64,000 nt of DNA, from assembly GCA_038496445.1 (NCBI GenBank), contig JALMLS010000271.1, forward strand, positions 145,883 to 209,882, given 5' to 3'. The position numbers and the translations under genes are program-made. Of this stretch, positions 1 to 11,208 are shown piece by piece (positions within the stretch are counted from its first letter, which is position 1; each line of letters opens with the position of its first letter). The notes below the pieces were generated by a model, which ran no database searches, was not told where the DNA came from, and saw nothing but the letters and a program-made list of their open reading frames with translations. Origin of the DNA: Trichosphaerium sp. ATCC 40318 (Eukaryota > Protista > Tubulinea).

Positions 1-59
1 TTGCTGTTAAGTATCTGGCCAAGTTTCTCCTCTAACATGTCGTATCCTTTTGTGACGCC

Positions 60-785
60 CTTGATAGTTTTTTCATGACCTTGCACGTAGCTTCTGTAGA
101 ACTTTATCAGTATTGTAGTGTGTTTAAAACGTGAACGTACTCTTCATACATTTGTTGCTTTACTTGTAGGTATTTAGAGTATTCACGTGTCATTCTGAAC
201 GCAAGTGCTGTAAAACAACATTAATACATGAGAAAAGTTGAAGAAATCGTACAGTGCATAGAGAAGGTCTCGTATCTTTGCCCGCAAGCTTGCACGAACC
301 TACCAAGTGAACAAGTAACGTCATTAGCATCATCAATATCGTTGATATTGTTGTGGTAAAATGCATTGCGTTGATTTACCAAGTACTCAAATTCTTTGTA
401 AGCGCATTCAGGATCGGGTAATATGGTTGCCACTTTGCTCCAATAGTCTGTTGGCATGCGCTTTATTCCACGCTCTTTTTTTCCCTGAATTTTTAAGCGC
501 CATTTTGTCACGTCAAAGCGGATTGGGTCGCCTTTAGGGTCCATAAAACGGGCGTAAAAATCAGTTGATTTTAGTATGTCATTTTTCTTGGCGTGGCAGT
601 ATACTCTATACAACACTGAACTTGCAATCACGCAAGCAGCTCTCATCACACAAAAGAGTATGAAGAAGGGGTGTTTGTAACTTAGCGCTGTACTCTGATA
701 GAACTGAAAAAGCTCTCCCCGGATTGCGTATTTGTATTATCGGGTATCTAAAACTTGTAAGAAAGTGAGGCGCATATTAAAAGTT
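60..785. repeat. Inverted duplicate of 5793-6490
   Basis: Reverse complement aligns over ~700 bp, e.g. aacttttaatatgcgc...acaagttttagatacccgat and ggagcaaagtggcaaccatatta in both copies. Confidence 0.95.
221..747 (-). pseudogene. 5'-truncated copy of the last exon of an RxxxxH (HEPN-like) gene
   Basis: ORF 221..649 contains LVNQRNAFYHNN. Homology to 5793-6490 starts inside an intron (acceptor TTTTAG at ~748), and two 1-nt insertions shift the frame upstream of 649. Confidence 0.55.
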
Positions 786-1299
786 CGTCCAGACGCCAAT
801 CCTTGTTGGCTTCAGTGTCTCATATAAGAGCTAATACTGAAATTACAGCTTGTCATAATCGCTTAACCCAACCTTGAACAAATAAAGAAAAAAACAAGAA
901 AACTTGCGATGGTTAAAAGTGAGTACTCTGTTGACTACACTGTGCGGAGCGTCACTCTCATACCATTTGCTTTCATAAAGTTTACCATTCTATCTACTTC
1001 AGCGAGCGTATGTAACGAACTCATCAATCTCAAACACATGTTTTGTACATTGGGTTCGCTCGTTAATATACCAATTTACTGCATTCTCTGTACGCCACAA
1101 TTACAGTTATTTCCAAGACATCTTTCATACTTTCTCGCATCATGATACTTTCTGTAAATGAAAGGTCAATAGTATGAACACCAGCAAGGGCCCTTGATGC
1201 TTTCATTTGTTATTTCTGTATTTCCGGTAAATATTATGAATCTACGGTCCTTTATGGAGATATTGGTTGACTTTTAAACTTCACCAACATAGAAAAGCA

Positions 1300-3446
1300 A
1301 TGCGTTGTGTTATTCTTCTTCTTGCTTTATTATCCATTGTGGCAGCTGAATCAATCGGTGGGCACGTTTTGGTACGGTTATTATTAATCATTTAAAACGA
1401 CGTTTGACGGGCGTTAAATTGCTTTTACAAGCAAACATAGTGTTTTGTACAGCTCTTAGTTATCTTTATTACGTTATTTATTACTATCGCTTATTACAGC
1501 CTGTAGGTCAATAAAGACTACGGCGCTTACGTCTACTACAACGTACAACCAAGTCAAAACGATTTTAAGAAAGATCCAGTCGTTTTATGGCTTCAAGGAG
1601 GCCCTGGCTGTTCATCACTGTTTGGTACGTCAAAAGAAAAAAAAGCAAGCACAAGAAATATCTTTTAACTTTTTTTTTTTTTAAAGGATCGTTTGTGGAG
1701 AATGGTCCACAGCTCATCTCAAAAAATGGATCTTTACATGATAACCCATGGTCATGGAATACAAATGCTACTGTTATCTACATAGATAGTCCAGTTGGTA
1801 CAGGGTGAGACTGAGATAAAATTACAAAAAATCACGTGATTTTTTTTTCTGTTTCTGACTTTTTTTTCTAAAACTGAAGGTACTCCTACGTTGAGAATCC
1901 AATTGGTTATGTGACAAATGAAAAAGTATTAGCAGAAGAGCTATATACTACATTATACGCTATATTATTCGACATTGTACCCGAACTTGGATCTTTACCG
2001 TTTTATGTTTTCGGCGAAAGTTATGGTACGTATTTTTTTGAATTTTTTCGGGTTTTTTTGGAATACCAGACAAGTAACTTTATTTTATCTCTTAGCTGGA
2101 AAATATGTACCTTGGATAGCGCACACAATACTTGAGAATAATCCTAAAGCTTCAAAAGAGATTCTACTCGAAGGTATTGGCATAGGCGACGGATGGGTTC
2201 AACCTTACTACCAAGGTATGAAAAAATCGATTAAAACTCTTTTTTCCCGCGTGTATCACGTGTCTTGAAAGTAATTTTGTTTTTGCTTACACTCATCAAC
2301 AGCTGGATCATATGCAACGTTTTTATATTATCATAACTTGATAAACAAAGCTGAACTTGTACGTTGTTTTGGGAAACCCAAAAAAAAAAAAACTAAAAAA
2401 AACACATAAATAATGTTAACTGTTTTATCTCCTTTAGGATGTTGCGAAAACTACCTTTGCACTTTATCAGGAACAAATTGATGCTGGGGATTATGTCCTA
2501 GCTGCTTTTACAGGCAATATAATGTAATAAGCAAGCGTGTTTGGACTTTGTTGTTAAAAAAAGTTGCTAGGTTGGGCGTTTTAGTTGAAGCTGCTGGTGG
2601 CGTTGATGTTTATGATATTCGCGTCAAAGTTGATCCAACAGATGTCCTACAAGTTAGTCTAAAGCGTGATTAATCTAATATATTGATTATTGAACCTAGA
2701 CCGCATTAACAAAGTATCTAAATGAACCAGCAACAAAGGCTAAGATGGGTGCAGGTAAGAGCCGATATAAGAGATAAGATATACTAAATCTCGTTTTTCT
2801 TTGTTTCAGGAAACGCTGAGTGGAGCGCTTGTGCAGTTGTTCCAAATTTATTCCTGTTGGATGATGAAACCAGGTCTTCTGAGATGCTATTCCCTGGAAT
2901 TCTAGAGAAAATACCAGTTGCGTATCTGTTACACTCCTTTTGTCTGAAACCTGGTTTGAAACTTGGTTTTTTCTTCTCCTTGTGAATGCATCTCCTCGTT
3001 TAATGAATATCATAAACAGGATATTGCTAACTGGTTGTGATAGGTTCTATTGTACAATGGCGACTATGATTTGATTTGTAATATGTTTGGTACAACAGAT
3101 TGGGCCTCAAGGATGCAATGGCCATATAAACAGCAATTTGATGATGCCAGAAATACCACGTGGGTTGTAGATGGTTCAAAAGCAGGATACTACAAGGTAA
3201 GCGGTCAGAAGACTAATCATGATAATAAATCACGTGGGTTTTTTTTGATTTTTGCTTTAACACGTGTTGTTTTAGGGCGCTGGAAAGCCTAAACTTACTC
3301 ATTTGATTGTACATGATGCAGGTAAGACTTTGGCTTTGTTATAATTTTGTTGCTGACTGAGAACGTCCCTAGGACACATGGCTCCATTCAACCAACCAAA
3401 AAACACACATTCAATGCTGTACTCCTTTATCAAGGGCGACTTGTAA
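1300..3446 (+). CDS. Secreted serine carboxypeptidase (peptidase S10), multi-exon
   Basis: Signal peptide MRCVILLLALLSIVAA; spliced motifs WLQGGPGCSS, ENGP, YIDSPVGTGYSY, FGESYAGKYVP, YNGDYDLIC, AGHMAPFNQP; GT-AG introns restore frame. Confidence 0.95.
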
Positions 3447-3780
3447 GATTGTAGCCTCCAGATCGTTGATAAAAAACTGTTTGATGAATATCACGGTTTT
3501 GTTTAAAACACATGTGTTTGCTTACATTAGCTGGTAGCTTGAGTAGTTACAACCGATTCGTAGGCTAGTAAAGAATCTTGAAATGAGACATCTTCATTCA
3601 TAATTAAAGCGGTATGATCATACTTGCTGATCCCTCATAGTACGCTTGTCTCCTATGCTTTCGTACTGTCACGTATAGCTTTTCTCCAAACAAACTTACT
3701 TTTTTGAATCATCAAAGTTGACATCTACTAAAAGTCAGCTACCGGTAAGGCAAAGTGTTTGTTGTGTTTCTACAAGCTCT

Positions 3781-3873
3781 TTTTGGTTGCCACTTTTACA
3801 GTTTAGTTACAGACTGTAACTGCCAGTTCTTTTTGGTTGCCACTTTTACAGTTTAGTTAACAGACTGTAACTG
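3781..3873. repeat. ~50-bp tandem duplication containing a short hairpin (agttac-agact-gtaact)
   Basis: ttttggttgccacttttacagtttagtta(a)cagactgtaactgc occurs at 3781 and 3831. Confidence 0.9.
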
Positions 3874-5080
3874 CAGAACTATGCAATGCAAAACTTGCAT
3901 GGAGAGTTGGAAAGTAGTAACTATAGGTAGGCATGAGTTGCGAATTGCAAAAGGAACAAGAGACCCCAACATTAACAAAAATTGTAAAGATGATATATAA
4001 GCATTATGCTGGATTTTGTGCATCGTAAACCACAGGTTCAAACAAAAAAAAAGAGACTGTATACTGCGTTAGGGTGTTCAATTTTGTTTTGAAACATGCA
4101 TACTAATTCGTCAAACATCTCAAATTGCTGATCCCAAATACTTGGTCTAGAATGCCAGAATACTCATATACAATGTGTTGTTAAATGTTTTAGATTCGTT
4201 CATTTATAGTTCACTGTTGTTTGAAATTTCGAGAAGTACTACAAAGTGAGTGTTAAAATATGCGCTGGAACTATTTACCCGAGCCTTCTAGTGATATAAA
4301 GTATGTTTAACAACTACTAATAATGCCATTGAAGGGTATTGTAACATTCAAAGTGAACAACATACAAATGGGGATGAACAACAAATATTTTAACGAAAAC
4401 AAAACTAAAAAAAAAAAGTATGTTTTGTTGTAATAGTTTCTTTTCAATGGTCACGTGTGATTATGAGGTTTGTGAGAGTTTCACCATACCCGATAATTCA
4501 TAGAGTATGCAGTATATATCTGAATTAGGTTATTCCGATAGTTTAAAGCTCCGGTATACCCGACTGAGTAAGAGTTGTTCTAGAAGTGTGTAGTATCGTA
4601 TTTGTGAAACTTAAATCACGTGAAACGCCTTCAGAGGTGTTTTCAGACAATACAAATCTCATGTTTTTAAAACAATTAGGTCCAGCACCTACCACGTGAC
4701 AATACGATCACACAAAAAGTATGAAAAAGTCGTCAGAAAATTTCTCCTTGTCAAAACGTGATTGATTGACACATTTTTGGAATTCTTAAAACCACTTTAA
4801 AAACACCTCATATCATCATGGTTCGTAACACTGTGCGCGAATTATCGATATTTATGTGTTTCGGAATGAAACTTTAGTTTTTAGTTAAATTTTTATAATT
4901 GAGCTTTAATTTATGCTTATTTAGGGTCTCCGTGGCATTTCCAAGCGTCAAAGGCAAAATAAAAAATGTAGAACCAATTTGAACAAAAGTTTATTAACTT
5001 TATGTTTTCCTTTTCGGGTTTTGTGGTCTTTTCAAAAACATATTCAACCTCTGCCCACAAAGCAGGCAACACGTGATATA

Positions 5081-6340
5081 ATGTCTAACAGTCGTATTCC
5101 AAACCCGCAATCAAATCATAGCAACACAGGTAGTACTACTTCGACAGGTAGTACTTTAGGTGGTGATTCAAATGGTATGTTATCTACAAGCGTTCACTTT
5201 CTTATCCCAGTAGCCCCTCAACAGTTACCACCAAGCTCCAGATACCTGGGAAATAACAATGGTCGTGAACAACACCGTCAATCTCTCAGTAAAGAGTATG
5301 CGACAGGTTAGAACAAATAAAATGTTAACACAACTTTAGATCACAGGAGATGCTTTTAAAGAACTGGAAAGCAACAGTTGGAGGTATGTACTACGGAACA
5401 TCCTTGTTTAATTCTTGCTCACTTACAAGCTAGAAAAGTTGAATAGAGGAAAAATTCAAACAAAAAAACCGAACCAGGCGAGATATGCTCCTTATCCTAA
5501 AGCTAGAAAAAAGAAGCGCACACCAAAGGAACAAGAAAGGTACTGTTCACCAAGAGTTTAATAGTTTGAAAATTTGCTTCAAGAGTCAGCACGTGATTTT
5601 TTCGAAGCAGTTCAAAGTTGTCACTTACCTTCCGTAGATTTGTTGTGGACAGTACTCGCATTCCTGCAGCTACTACACAACCAAAGCTGTACGAATCTAA
5701 TTTTTTTCTCACCTGACATCTTACGTAGTATTCAACAGCCAATCCCGAAGCCTTCGAAAAAAGCTGCGCCAACAATCACACCACATGCGTACTAACTTTT
5801 AATATGCGCGTCACTTTCTTACAAGTTTTAGATACCCGATATTACAATTACCCAATCCGGGAGAGCTTTTTCAGTTCTATCAGAGTACAGCGCTAAGTTA
5901 CAAACACCCTTCTTCATACTCTCTTGTGTGATGAGAGTTGCTATCATGATTGCAAGTTCAGTGTTGTATAGAGTATACTGCCACGCCAAGAAAAATGACA
6001 TATTAAAATCAACAGATTTTAACACCTGCGTTTATGGACCCTAAAAGCGACCCAATCCGCTTTGACATGACAAAATGGCGCTTAAAAATTCAGGGGAAAA
6101 AAGAGCGTGGAATAAAGCGCATGCCAACAGACTATTGGAGCAAAGTGGCAACCATATTACCTGATCCTGAGAATTTGAGTACTTGGTAAATCAACGCAAT
6201 GCACATTATCATAACAATATCAGCGATATTGATGATGCTAGTGACGTTACTTGTTCACTTGGTAGGTTCGTACACAGCTTGAGGGCAAAGATGCCCTCTC
6301 TATGCACTGTATGATTTCTTCAACTTTTCTCATGTATTAA
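5081..6340 (+). pseudogene. Multi-exon pseudogene with C-terminal RxxxxH (HEPN-like) domain
   Basis: Ser/Thr-rich first exon MSNSRIPNPQ, GT-AG introns, in-frame stops after splicing, frameshift near 6025 and deletions relative to the 221-649 copy; motif RNAHYH at 6195-6212. Confidence 0.55.
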
Positions 6341-6500
6341 TGTTGTTTTACAGCGCTTGCGTTCAGAATGACACGTGAATACTCTAAATACACACAAGTA
6401 AAGCAACAAATGTAGAAAGATTACGTGCGCATTTTAAACACACTACAATACTGATAACAGAAGTAGGTGCAAGGTCTTGAAAAAAAATCAGGGGAACTGA

Positions 6501-7335
6501 TAACATCAAAATTTATTGTAGTTTGTAACAAGTAGTCTCATAGCATAAATATCACGTGGACTGATCATCCATACCAATGTGTATTGCTTACAAGCATTCA
6601 TAGCGGATAAGCGTAGGAATTCCGCCAGCATACATTTTGCCATCATAATGGTTACATCTTCCAGCGCTTGGTGTTCTCTGACTACATTTTCTACCACACT
6701 TTTTCTTGGTTGGAATTCGTACGAACTAAGTACAATGTAAGCATATATATATCATAGCTTGTAAAAGGCAAGAATAGCATACGTACACCATCATAATTGG
6801 TGTATGGGCATGATCCCCATACATCAGCACAATAAGTTCCGCCGCTACCACTAGTCCGAACGTAGAGTTTTGAGCACCATTTACCATAGCATGCTTCTTC
6901 CTCTTCGTCATTTCCTGCTACTGAGCATACAAACATCAATACAACGAAAATAGTGGTCAATGATAACATAGTCTTTGAAGAAAAGGTGTTCATTGTGTGG
7001 TTAAATCCTTATTTTTAGATGAGAGAAAACTCGTCATTTTTTTTCACGAAGTTTATCCGATGAATCCCCGATTTCACTTAACTATGCCAACAACTTGAAT
7101 GGAACCCGGTGTTTATGTTCCAAGAGATTGTGGTAATAATGAACGCCAGAACAAAGGTTTAAATTAATACTCCTAACACGACTACACGTGACTTCACGTA
7201 ACACTGGAAATATTGTATAGGCTCTAGGATAGAGCTTTATCCAATGCTTGTGGTGTCACGTAACTACACGATGTACACGAGAATACACGCACCATTTTTA
7301 AAACCATCTTTTTAAATAATTACATATTCCATGCC
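6501..7335. repeat. Left arm of ~840-bp inverted duplication (partner 9568-10418)
   Basis: Reverse-complement identity across promoter, CDS, intron and 3' flank. Confidence 0.95.
6588..6993 (-). CDS. Small secreted 8-Cys protein, copy A (2 exons)
   Basis: Signal peptide; exon 1 ...ACYGKWCSKLYVRTSGSGGTYCADVWGSCPYTNYDG, GTACGT..TTAG intron, exon 2 FVRIPTKKKCGRKCSQRTPSAGRCNHYDGKMYAGGIPTLIRYECL*. Confidence 0.85.
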
Positions 7336-7906
7336 CTGTTTTCCAAAAGAAATAAATTGACTTGTTGCCCTTTGTTTCGTGTTGTATCAGGTATGGTATA
7401 AAAAGAATATTATCCGTATTTGAACATTGACAATCTTTGTCAATGAAAGAGCTGACCTGGAGTGATAGTCCAGGTTTTTAGTTTGTCGTTACTCACAAAT
7501 GTATGTACAAGAGATAACCACTTGTGTTTTGTTAGAGACACCAAGATGTTGTCTCCTTCTCAACCAAAAAAAGGAGGAAGTATAAAGTATGATTTTGTCG
7601 TGGTGTTATAGTAGAAAGAGCAAGGTTTCATGAACACGCTTGACTGCAATTAACAAAAGTTTGTATTGTAAATAAAAGTTTCTGTAACAAAAAGTACTCT
7701 GTCACTGTTCAACTGAATACCACAATATTTTTTATAAACAGTACAATCACTAAAGTGATTATGATCCCAATTTTTTGTAAAAACTCCTTGGCTTTCCACA
7801 AGGAATACTGTCAACAGTTTTCAAGTCACTTAGCCAAATATATTAGTCGCATTCTCTGCTACCAATTTCATTGCTTTTTCGTTTCTCCACGCGGTGATCT
7901 TCAAAG

Positions 7907-8692
7907 ATGGCAAATATACTCAATGGTCGTATTAATATAATAGATGAGCTTGTCACCAAACAAAAAGAACTTGATGCAAGAGAACAATCATTGGTTAAAA
8001 GAGAAAACGATATTAATCGCTTGAAAGAGGACCTAGTCAAAAGGGAGGCTAAATTAGACGCCAACAATGCTGAACTTGCAAAGAGGATTGACAAATTGAA
8101 AAAGCACGATGAAGAAGCTACAAAGGAGAGAAACGAGCTAGTAGAGAAAACAAAACAAGAAATAAAAGGACTTCACGAAGACTACGACAAAGAATTCAAT
8201 GAGAAGAAAGAAGAAGGAGAAAAGAAGCTTGCTGAAATCCAACAGGAGGTAGAAAGGCTCGAAGCGGCTATGCAACAGTACAAAGACTGCGCAAGCAGCC
8301 GGATAACACTGAACGTTGGTGGCGTTAAGTACTATACGACTAAAACCACCTTGAAGGGCAAGTCACCTTTTTTCGACGCCTTGCTTAGCGATAGATGGAA
8401 TCTACAAGAAACTCTTGGTGAGTCTGGTGAGATTTTTATCGACAGGAATGGTGATGCATTCTACGATATCCTAGAATTCTTTCGTACTGGTAAAGTGGTG
8501 TGTATGGAGAATAATAGGGAGAGGATCTTAGAAGAGTGCACTTTTTACCAAATACCTGCAATGGCAAACCTTCTACCGGAACCTAGTAAACCAGACCTTA
8601 AACTAGTGCCTAAACAAGAGCTGCAACGAAATATGAGAACAGCAGGAAAGGTATCACGAAGGGGCTTTAGAGGACGACACGCTTTTAATTAA
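7907..8692 (+). CDS. Intronless coiled-coil + BTB/POZ (KCTD/T1-type) protein
   Basis: Glu/Lys heptad N-half, then ITLNVGGVKYYTTKTTL...FFDALLS...IFIDRNGDAFYDILEFFRTG...ECTFYQI. Confidence 0.9.
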   Translation: MANILNGRINIIDELVTKQKELDAREQSLVKRENDINRLKEDLVKREAKLDANNAELAKRIDKLKKHDEEATKERNELVEKTKQEIKGLHEDYDKEFNEKKEEGEKKLAEIQQEVERLEAAMQQYKDCASSRITLNVGGVKYYTTKTTLKGKSPFFDALLSDRWNLQETLGESGEIFIDRNGDAFYDILEFFRTGKVVCMENNRERILEECTFYQIPAMANLLPEPSKPDLKLVPKQELQRNMRTAGKVSRRGFRGRHAFN

Positions 8693-9567
8693 TAAGAATA
8701 CGAAACCTTGCTGTCTTGTAGTGAAAATGTGATTTTATAATAAACAGTGGTGGTAGTGTACAATTTACATGTGACAAAAAAGACTTATTTTAGAATGGTG
8801 AAGTTTCCAACACGACCAACATTACTAAACAAAACTCATAAGTACCTTTTGTTAAAAAACCAAAACAAAAAAAAGGTTGAAAAAAAAGTCAGTCAGTCTG
8901 AGTGACTCGTACATATCGGGTGCCTTAAATGGTTGTGACTTGAAGAAGTGCTCTAAACAGAAGAAAAAGTTAGAGGCGAGGTCTATACTACAACAAGATA
9001 ACAAGAAAAAAGGAATAAGTTCACTTCTCTTTAATAAAAGCACGTGATTTAGGATTAAATACTAGAAGTTCGGTTTCAAAAAAGTACTCGTGTAAAAGAG
9101 GTTAGATATAAGTTTGGAAAGTAAATTGAGTTCCAAAGTGACCGCACTAATGTAACTGATCAAGGTAAACATGCTTTTGGTGAAGCCTGCTTTAACCCGT
9201 TGCCTTATTTAGACCAAGCGTGTTCTTTAAGAATAAACAAATGTCTTAGTCCATTTTGAATACTTTGGTTTTACTTTTTGGTTACCTCAAAATGATTGCT
9301 AGTACTTCATGCGTGCATAGATCTATTTGTAATTGTTGAGTTCTATGAATACTGTATGTGGTGATGGCAAGTACAACAAAGAACTTTTTTTTGGGAAAAA
9401 TCACGTGCACGGAAAGAGAAATCAGTGTTGGTAATAAATATGAAATTGAAAGGAAATCAAGCTAAAACAAGTGTTATCAACATCAACGAAGAATTTGAAC
9501 TACCCACTTCATCTAACACGCAATCCGAGTGTTATTTTTCACTGTGTGAGTGTGACAATGATATGCC

Positions 9568-10418
9568 AGGCATGGAATATGTAATTACTTAAAAAGATGG
9601 TTTTTAAAATGGTGCGTGTATTCTCGTGTACATCGTGTAGTTACGTGACGGACCACTTTTTATCGCACATACTCAACGCATTAGATAAAGCTCTATCTAG
9701 AGCCTATACAATATTTCCAGTGTTACGTGTGTAACGTGTAGTCGTGTTAGGAGTATTAACTTAACCTTTGTTCTGGCGTTCATTATTACCACAATCACTT
9801 GGAACATAAACACAGGGTCCATTCAAGTTGTTGGCATAGTTAAGTGAAATCGGGGATTCATAGGATAAACTTTGTGAAAAAAAATTGACGAGTTTTCTCT
9901 CATCTAAAAATAAGGATTTAACCCCACAATGAACACCTTTTCTTCAAAGACTATGTTATCACTGACCACTATTTTCGTTGTATTGATGTTTGTATGCTCA
10001 GTAGCAGGAAATAACGAAGAGGAAGAAACATGCATTGGTAAATGGTGCTCAAAACTCTACGCTCGGACTGATGGTAGCGGTGGAACTTATTGTGCCGACT
10101 TATGGGGGTCATGCCCAGTAAGTAATTATGACGGTGTACGTATGCTATTCTGGAAGTTTACAAGCTATGATATATATTGCTTACATTGTACTTAGTTTGA
10201 ACGAATTCCAAACAAGAGAAAGTGTGGTAGAAAATGTAATCAGAGAACACCAAGCGCTGGAAGATGTAACCATTATGTTGGCAGTATGTTTTATGATGGA
10301 AATGCTGAGCTTGCCCGCTATGAATGCAAATAAGCAATACACATTGGTATTGATCAGTCCACGTGATATTTATGCTATGAGACTACTTGTTACAAACTAC
10401 AATAAATTTTGATGTTAT
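9568..10418. repeat. Right arm of inverted duplication (partner 6501-7335)
   Basis: Reverse-complement identity to 6501-7335. Confidence 0.95.
9929..10333 (+). CDS. Small secreted 8-Cys protein, copy B (intron 10136-10195)
   Basis: Spliced product MNTFSSKTMLSLTTIFVVLMFVCSVAG-NNEEEETCIGKWCSKLYARTDGSGGTYCADLWGSCPVSNYDG|FERIPNKRKCGRKCNQRTPSAGRCNHYVGSMFYDGNAELARYECK*. Confidence 0.85.
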
Positions 10419-10873
10419 TGTCCGTATCATTCAAGTTTACACAACTTTTTGCTGTTTGTGACTTTTGGTTTTTGTGTTTAGTCAGATCTGACAGATCAAC
10501 TTCTGTTAGTTCTTACAAGATCTGTCAAAAACTACAAGATCTAACGGATCTTGTCAGTTCTGGAAAAACCATAATCCACGTCTACTCGATACATATTGCG
10601 ACCACGTGTTTTTAACTATTACATATTATTTGGTACAATAGCTTTTGCAGTTCTGTTAATGTCTCTAAGGTCCAGCAGCTGTCTCATATACTCTAGTATG
10701 TTAACATTTAAAAGCATTACTAATTTGTACCTGTTTTAATAGCTCCTTGGGTGAGCAGTAATGAGCTCACCTAAGAAAATACTGCGATCGAAACAGAAGG
10801 ATATCACAAACAGGGATTTAATGGTTCTTAAGAATCATCTGTATCCAATAGAGGGACAGCTATTGAAACAAAA

Positions 10874-11098
10874 ATGTGTTCCAATGATGGTACCCTGCAT
10901 TTCGAGTACAGCACGGTGACTGACGAGAGCGGAATTATTATTTCTGATTCAATCACGTGTTATAGAAATGGTCTTATTGATTGTACCATGGATGATTACA
11001 GTGTGATTACAGACAAGGATGGACATATTATTCCTGATTCACGGATGTGTTATAATGGTGTTGTTGAGAACATCAACTATGACGAGAACGGATGTTAA
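10874..11098 (+). other. Short ORF or gene remnant with two internal ~30-aa repeats
   Basis: EYSTVTDESGIIISDSITCYRNG vs DYSVITDKDGHIIPDSRMCYNG. Confidence 0.4.
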
Positions 11099-11208
11099 GA
11101 AAGAGGAAAAAAAAAGGTTTAATTTACTACCAATAAGGCAACATGCTCAGTCTAAATAAGGCAACTGGTTATTGTAGGCTCCAACAAAAGCATGTTTACC
11201 TCGATCAG

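Noticed and set aside
3781-3873. CRISPR-like repeat with hairpin
   Set aside because: Only two adjacent copies, no spacers, eukaryotic context.
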